Assembly: GCA_023920165.1 (NCBI GenBank)
Contig: CP089275.1
Location: 2,542,001-2,606,000 of the forward strand
Direction of reading: 5' to 3'
DNA: 64,000 bases
From: Curvularia clavata
Lineage: Eukaryota
Shown here: positions 61,272 to 64,000 of the stretch, one piece after another
Layout of the letters: the number at the start of each line of letters is the position of its first letter
How positions within the stretch are numbered: position 1 is the first letter of the stretch
Notes under the pieces: generated by a model
What the model was told of the DNA's origin: nothing
The model's input: only the letters and a program-made list of their open reading frames with translations
The model's database searches: none
Translations under genes and position numbers: made by a program

Positions 61272-62768
61272 TCATGTAGGAATAGGATAAACAGCAGGGC
61301 TCTTGTATCCATTCGTACCCACCGCCCTGACTCCAAAAATGACATTGTCCTTGCTAAGAGGAAGGGTCACAAAGTCAACTTTACCCACATCAACTGTATG
61401 GGTCCACAGGCTGGCGGTAGTTGACCGCCAGACAACCTCATATCCTGCCACTTCAGGACTGTCGTCCTTGATCCACTTGATTCGTGAATCGTTGTCCAAT
61501 ACAGTAGTGTCAATGGTGACGTTTCGCGGCATGCCGGGAGCCTCAGATAAGGACCAGAGTGTGGCAAGGTTGACTTTCCCAACACGTGCCGTGAATTCAA
61601 AATCAACAAACTCAATTAAATCTCCATATACTGTGCCATTCTCTGTACGGATGTCTTGGTGCTGGTGAGCAAAGTTCTCATTCGGCTCCGTATAGCGGAT
61701 TGCTGGATATCCAGCGCGAAGGAAACCAGTGTGGTCGCCACCCCGCAGAAAACGATCGAGACGGTAAATTATGGCGATATTCATCCCAGTAGCGTTGTTT
61801 GCGGCTACTTCAGCGGAAAATCGAGCAAGCTCTCGTGCAGGAGTATCGTTCTCCCCACCGATTTGAAGGCGTCGCGTAGGGGTGATGTTGCTATCGCCTG
61901 TCAGAGACACGCCTTCGGCGAAAGCGCGTATAGTAAAAGGATCTTTCTGCCCGCGGTCGCCCGTGGAAGACCCAACTATATCACAATTAAGCATACCCTG
62001 CACGTCCGTGCTGGCATTCTTGAGTGTATTGGCAAGATACGTGGAGCCGTAAAGACCTTGTTCCTCGCCAGCGACAGCTCCGAGGATAATTGTGGATTTG
62101 GGCTGGTGCTTCGATAATACACGAGCAATCTCCATGGCAACTATCTGAGATCAGCCTCTCTGTCTGCGCAATAATAGACAAAGTCACTTACTAGCCGTCC
62201 CACTGGCGTCGTCGTTGGCACCTGGTGAGTCTGCCTCGTAGTTGAGAACATCCGTAACACGACTGTCATAATGTCCAGTCATAACGTAGACGCGGCTTGG
62301 ATCTTGACTTCCTTTGGCGGTTGCTAAGACATTCGAGATGGTGACGGGGAATGGAATTCGGCTGGCCACACCTTGGACGTAGCTTTGAACTTCGACCGTC
62401 ATGGTGCCGTTACTCTGGTCGGCATACTTTTGCATTTCGGAAGCAATCCAATCTCTCGCTGCATGAATGCCACGCGTTGAGCTGTTATATGTCGCAAGCG
62501 TGTGGCGAGTACCAAAGGAAACCAGCTTCTTGATGGTAGCTTCGATGTTTGCAGCGCTCACTTCACTCAACATTGCCCGCATCTCGTCATCCGGCGCTTG
62601 CGGGATAAGCTCACGACCAACGTTCGAGGGTGGCCATGCTGCATTCGCACATTGAATGTACGACTGGTCATTGACTGCAACTGGGGGTGGCAGAAGATGC
62701 TCATGATCATCATGAGCGCATACCACAGAGAGCAGCACGCTGGTGCATAACACTAGTGGCAGACGCAT
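61272..62768 (-). CDS. Secreted M28 zinc peptidase with C-terminal FN3-like domain; intron 62141-62191
   Basis: Signal peptide; GHYDSR, PGANDDASG, GEEQGLYGS, NCDIVG, GGDH, HQH. Confidence 0.92.
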
Positions 62769-63622
62769 TTTGAAATACGCAGAGGGGCGGATTTGGATAT
62801 AGTTCATGGTGGTTTCCCAATGGCCCTTATAAAGCGAGCGAATGGCCCATGGCTAAGATAGCATGGCGGCATGTCATGACATCAAACGGCACTGGATGTG
62901 TCCGGGTTCTAACGAGCTTCCTGTAGTGGTTAGTAATCTCAATGCCATACCAATGCAATAGCCGACATCTAGTCTTGTAATTGTCTTTGAATAGCCGTAG
63001 TCATCGGCTCGGCGGGAGCAAGCACACACAGCCGCCTCAGCCAGACAAGGATCGGGTCAGTGATTACCCGTATAGGCAGGAGGTGGACGGGACTACGTAA
63101 CGTGGGTCTACTACACTCGACGGAACGATAAGGAAGATGGAGAAGAGCTCAAGGCGATGAGAATAATCATTGCGAAATGGTATTGTATACCAGCCAGCGT
63201 GTAGTAGCGGCGGGGCATGAGTGTCGACTATGCCCAGGACGAGGAGTTTTGGGAATAGAGTTTCCGGGATGAATGGGCGAGATTGCTGTGACGGTATGGC
63301 AGAAACTCCAAAACGCTCAATTGCTCGATTTATGAAGTGTTGAGACTCCCCAATGCGTGTGTTGAAGAGCGTGTCGGGAGAGTGCTTCGCATAGGGTAGG
63401 AAAGAGACGAGGTGGGGAGAAGTGGTTATGTCTAATTAGGCTAGCGCAAACCCTACCGCAGGCACCAAAGATGGACACTCGCGATGATGCAATGTGTCAA
63501 GTCAGCGAAAGAATTACATCCCAGGCGCCAATCCAGTCCCAGCTATCCAAAGTTGCTGTATCTACCCTCCCGATACTACTGAAACAATTCTCGACGCGCG
63601 ATCACGACTGGAGAAGCTTGTC

Positions 63623-64000
63623 ATGGTTCGTCTTCTCGCGCACACTTAGTGCGGCGCAAACTCACGTCGCAAACAGAACGCTCTATTCAATTCAGCCTTG
63701 CGGCAATCTACCTCGATACGGAAGGATCTGGACCAATTTGCCGATGCATCTTCGCCCTCGCCGCACCTCCAGGCCCAGCTCAATGCCTCCCTCGCAACAT
63801 TCGCGCGTACCATTGATGACTATGGCAAACTCGCCAGGCAGGAACCGGTCCAAACAAAGGCCGAAAAGGCACAGGAGAGATTGAAGAACTTCCGAGCCGA
63901 GCTGGAGGAGTATCGCGCGAGCTTCAAACGCATAAAGAGTGCCAATGAGGACGTTGTACGTTTCGAGCTGCTGTCCGCTCCCTGAGTCGAAGCCAACATT
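63623..64000 (+). CDS. BOS1: ER-Golgi Qb-SNARE Bos1/membrin, 5' part (runs off the window)
   Basis: ATG-only first coding exon, intron 63626-63676, then NALFNSALRQSTSIRKDLD..IDDYGKLARQE..KAEKAQERLKNFRAEL. Next donor GTACGT at 63956. Confidence 0.85.

Overview
Eukaryotic, intron-containing DNA from a filamentous ascomycete. Gene content and a RIP-mutated transposon suggest a Dothideomycete/Pleosporales-type genome (inference). About 22 protein-coding genes. The window opens with the 5' part of a RIP-inactivated pogo/Fot1-type DNA transposon. Next is a large orphan gene with Red1/Rec10/SYCP2-like architecture, split by an in-frame TGA. Then come a small membrane protein, a PTH11-like receptor, a decayed S41-peptidase pseudogene invisible as a single ORF, and a compact MAL cluster (permease, maltase, Zn2Cys6 regulator) with a readable bidirectional promoter. 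The middle holds an IMPACT-domain protein, a mitochondrial L34/RPA14-like head-to-head pair, STE24, an aspartic protease, velB, and a Zn2Cys6 TF/MFS pair. The end holds STT4, an MST-1-like GC kinase, a 913-aa unknown protein, a C2H2 TF, a VAO-family flavoprotein with an apparently swapped active-site acid, an M28 peptidase and the 5' end of BOS1. No tRNA, rRNA or CRISPR was seen. Family assignments come from motif recognition and recalled reference sequences; no database search was run.
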